Positions 62,393 through 64,000 of a stretch of DNA of 64,000 nt are shown one piece after another. A program made the position numbers and the translations under genes. This DNA is from Utricularia gibba (taxonomy: Eukaryota; Plantae; Magnoliophyta): assembly GCA_002189035.1 (NCBI GenBank), contig CM007989.1:3596001-3660000 (forward strand), read 5' to 3'. The stretch's first letter is position 1; each line of letters begins with the position of its first letter. A model generated the notes under the pieces. That model was given only the letters and a program-made list of their open reading frames with translations. It did not search any database and had not been told where the DNA came from.

Positions 62393-64000
62393 TCATCTCA
62401 AACTCAAGGTCTTATAAACAGAAGTTCCATCAATCTCCACACAGGGAATTCCCGATATTTTTCCCCAGTATTCTCCCCTGTCTTTCACACACTTGTACTT
62501 GAGGGCTTCACAGTCACTTATTTCCAGATGCCACAGTTTTGCCAGCACTTCTTCACTTGGCAAGATCCCGATTTTGGTGCAGTTCATGATCGATAGATAC
62601 CGAAGCAACTTCAGATTATCGAGCACCTTTGCAAGGGTAGTCAGTTTGGGGAATCTGGCAATGGAGCACCGTATCAGCGAAGGAGGGAACAGATGGCTAC
62701 CGTCATCGCTGAGCTGCTGAAGGTCTTTGAATCCTCCACAAATGGAGAACTCCTTAAGAGACGAGAGTGTGCTGAGACCCCACTGCTTCAGGGGCTTCAA
62801 TTTCTTGGAATCCAATACTCTAAGAGAAGATAAGTTTGGAGGCAGATCGAAGTTGGGAAAAATTGTGAGACTTGGACAACTCTGTATCTCAAGTGACAAG
62901 AGAGAGGTCATGTTGCTTGGCAAGGACTTGATCTTGGTGCAGTCTTCAATGTGAAGTGATCTGAGGCTCGATGGCAAGCCCTTCTCTGGGAAATGTTTAA
63001 TGCTATGGCAGCTCGATAAGTGCAACTTCACAAGGTGCTTGAGTTCATATAAATGGTGACCAAGATATTTGAAGTTGCTCCAGTTGGATGAACTGAGATC
63101 TTCTAGCAGCATTCTCCCTTTCCCTAGTAGCATATTCTCTGAAATAGGTTCCAGTTGGCTGCAGTTTTTGATACCAAGTTTCCTGAGAGCTATGGGGAGG
63201 ACACACGTCCATTTCTGCAACGACGAACAATCCTTTATTTCTAGACGTTCAAGGTAGAAAATGTTGCTTGGGAGGGACTCCACAGCATTGCAACTGAGAA
63301 TCTCAAGGCGTTTAAGTGAGGAAGGAATGCCAGGGAAAGTGACTAACTTCATACATTTTTTGATGATCAGCTCCCTTAAAAAGCCGAGGCTGCTCAACTG
63401 TCTTGGAAGAAAGGTCAAACTTGGACAGTGAAATAGTTCTAGGACTTCGAGATTGCACGGAAGTTGTCTTTCACCATATCCCAAGGACACGAGCTGCAAA
63501 CAGTCAATGATTATGATTCTCCTTAGGCGGGTAAGTTGTCCTTGTTCAATTCCTTCTGACCAGAGTGCCAACATTTCATTGCAGTTGCAACATTCTAATG
63601 CCTCTAGCGCTACCAAAGACTCTACAAGTTCCTTTGGAAAATGGAGTAGCCCTGAAACAGCCTCAATCTTCAGATACGTCAAGAGGTTGAGGCTCAAGAA
63701 ACTTAGAAGCAGTTCCTTACTGCAGTCCTCGAGATCCAATTTACTCAAAACAGGAAAAGCCAACGGAGAAATAACCATTAACTTGCCACATTTGGTTACA
63801 GCAAGGTCTTTCAGATGAGTGAACTCTATGCGAACGCCATCAGCACTATAAAACCCAATCCATTCTCTCCATTGGGGCATGTCATCAAACCTCAGACTTT
63901 CCAGCTTTGGAAATTTCCTATCTGTACCAGTGCCGTAGAACTCCTCTCCAATGCGTCTGATGTTCGGCAAATTTCCTATCCGTAGATGCTTAAGGCCTGG
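62393..64000 (-). CDS. C-terminal LRR region of an NB-LRR disease-resistance protein; 5' part lies beyond the window
   Basis: IGEEFYG...FPKLESLRFDDMPQWREW, repeated LxxLxIxxCxxLxxLP units, LKPLKQWGLSTLSSLKEF and GEYWGKISGIPCVEID, typical of RGA/At3g14460-type CNLs. Confidence 0.93.
   Translation of the reverse strand, partial: PGLKHLRIGNLPNIRRIGEEFYGTGTDRKFPKLESLRFDDMPQWREWIGFYSADGVRIEFTHLKDLAVTKCGKLMVISPLAFPVLSKLDLEDCSKELLLSFLSLNLLTYLKIEAVSGLLHFPKELVESLVALEALECCNCNEMLALWSEGIEQGQLTRLRRIIIIDCLQLVSLGYGERQLPCNLEVLELFHCPSLTFLPRQLSSLGFLRELIIKKCMKLVTFPGIPSSLKRLEILSCNAVESLPSNIFYLERLEIKDCSSLQKWTCVLPIALRKLGIKNCSQLEPISENMLLGKGRMLLEDLSSSNWSNFKYLGHHLYELKHLVKLHLSSCHSIKHFPEKGLPSSLRSLHIEDCTKIKSLPSNMTSLLSLEIQSCPSLTIFPNFDLPPNLSSLRVLDSKKLKPLKQWGLSTLSSLKEFSICGGFKDLQQLSDDGSHLFPPSLIRCSIARFPKLTTLAKVLDNLKLLRYLSIMNCTKIGILPSEEVLAKLWHLEISDCEALKYKCVKDRGEYWGKISGIPCVEIDGTSVYKTLSLR

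Overview
This is eukaryotic nuclear DNA from a gene-dense flowering-plant genome (eudicot; short, mostly GT-AG introns). The ORF track therefore shows only exon fragments, and I rebuilt the genes by hand from splice sites and family motifs. Genes left to right: EMSY-like ENT/Agenet gene (-), O-fucosyltransferase-family gene (+), mitochondrial DnaJ GFA2-like (+), CLU/FRIENDLY (-), thaumatin-like remnant (+), RabA4 GTPase (-), FBH-type bHLH (-), SURP/G-patch gene (-), A20/AN1 SAP (-), secreted Pro-rich repeat gene (+), telomerase reverse transcriptase TERT (-), RNA polymerase V largest subunit NRPE1 (-), WD40 gene (+), KOBITO1/ELD1 (+), geranylgeranyl reductase paralogue (-), IQ67-domain gene (-), acidic CHZ-motif gene (-), and the 3' part of an NB-LRR gene (-). 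Several MITE-like foldback elements lie between genes. I saw no rRNA, tRNA or CRISPR array. Three observations stand out. (1) Six genes (CLU, bHLH, SURP, PRP, TERT, NRPE1) each carry an apparent 1-bp deletion in a G/C homopolymer, most likely a systematic consensus error that would break automatic annotation. (2) NRPE1 ends in a six-unit ~14-aa Thr-Pro-rich repeat where Arabidopsis has a QS-rich tail. (3) The NRPE1 stop lies only 237 nt upstream of the TERT start codon, so that repeat and the NRPE1 3' UTR occupy the TERT promoter region. I cannot demonstrate a wholly new biological system from sequence alone; the NRPE1 tail/TERT junction is the best candidate. Family assignments come from recalled motifs, not database searches.
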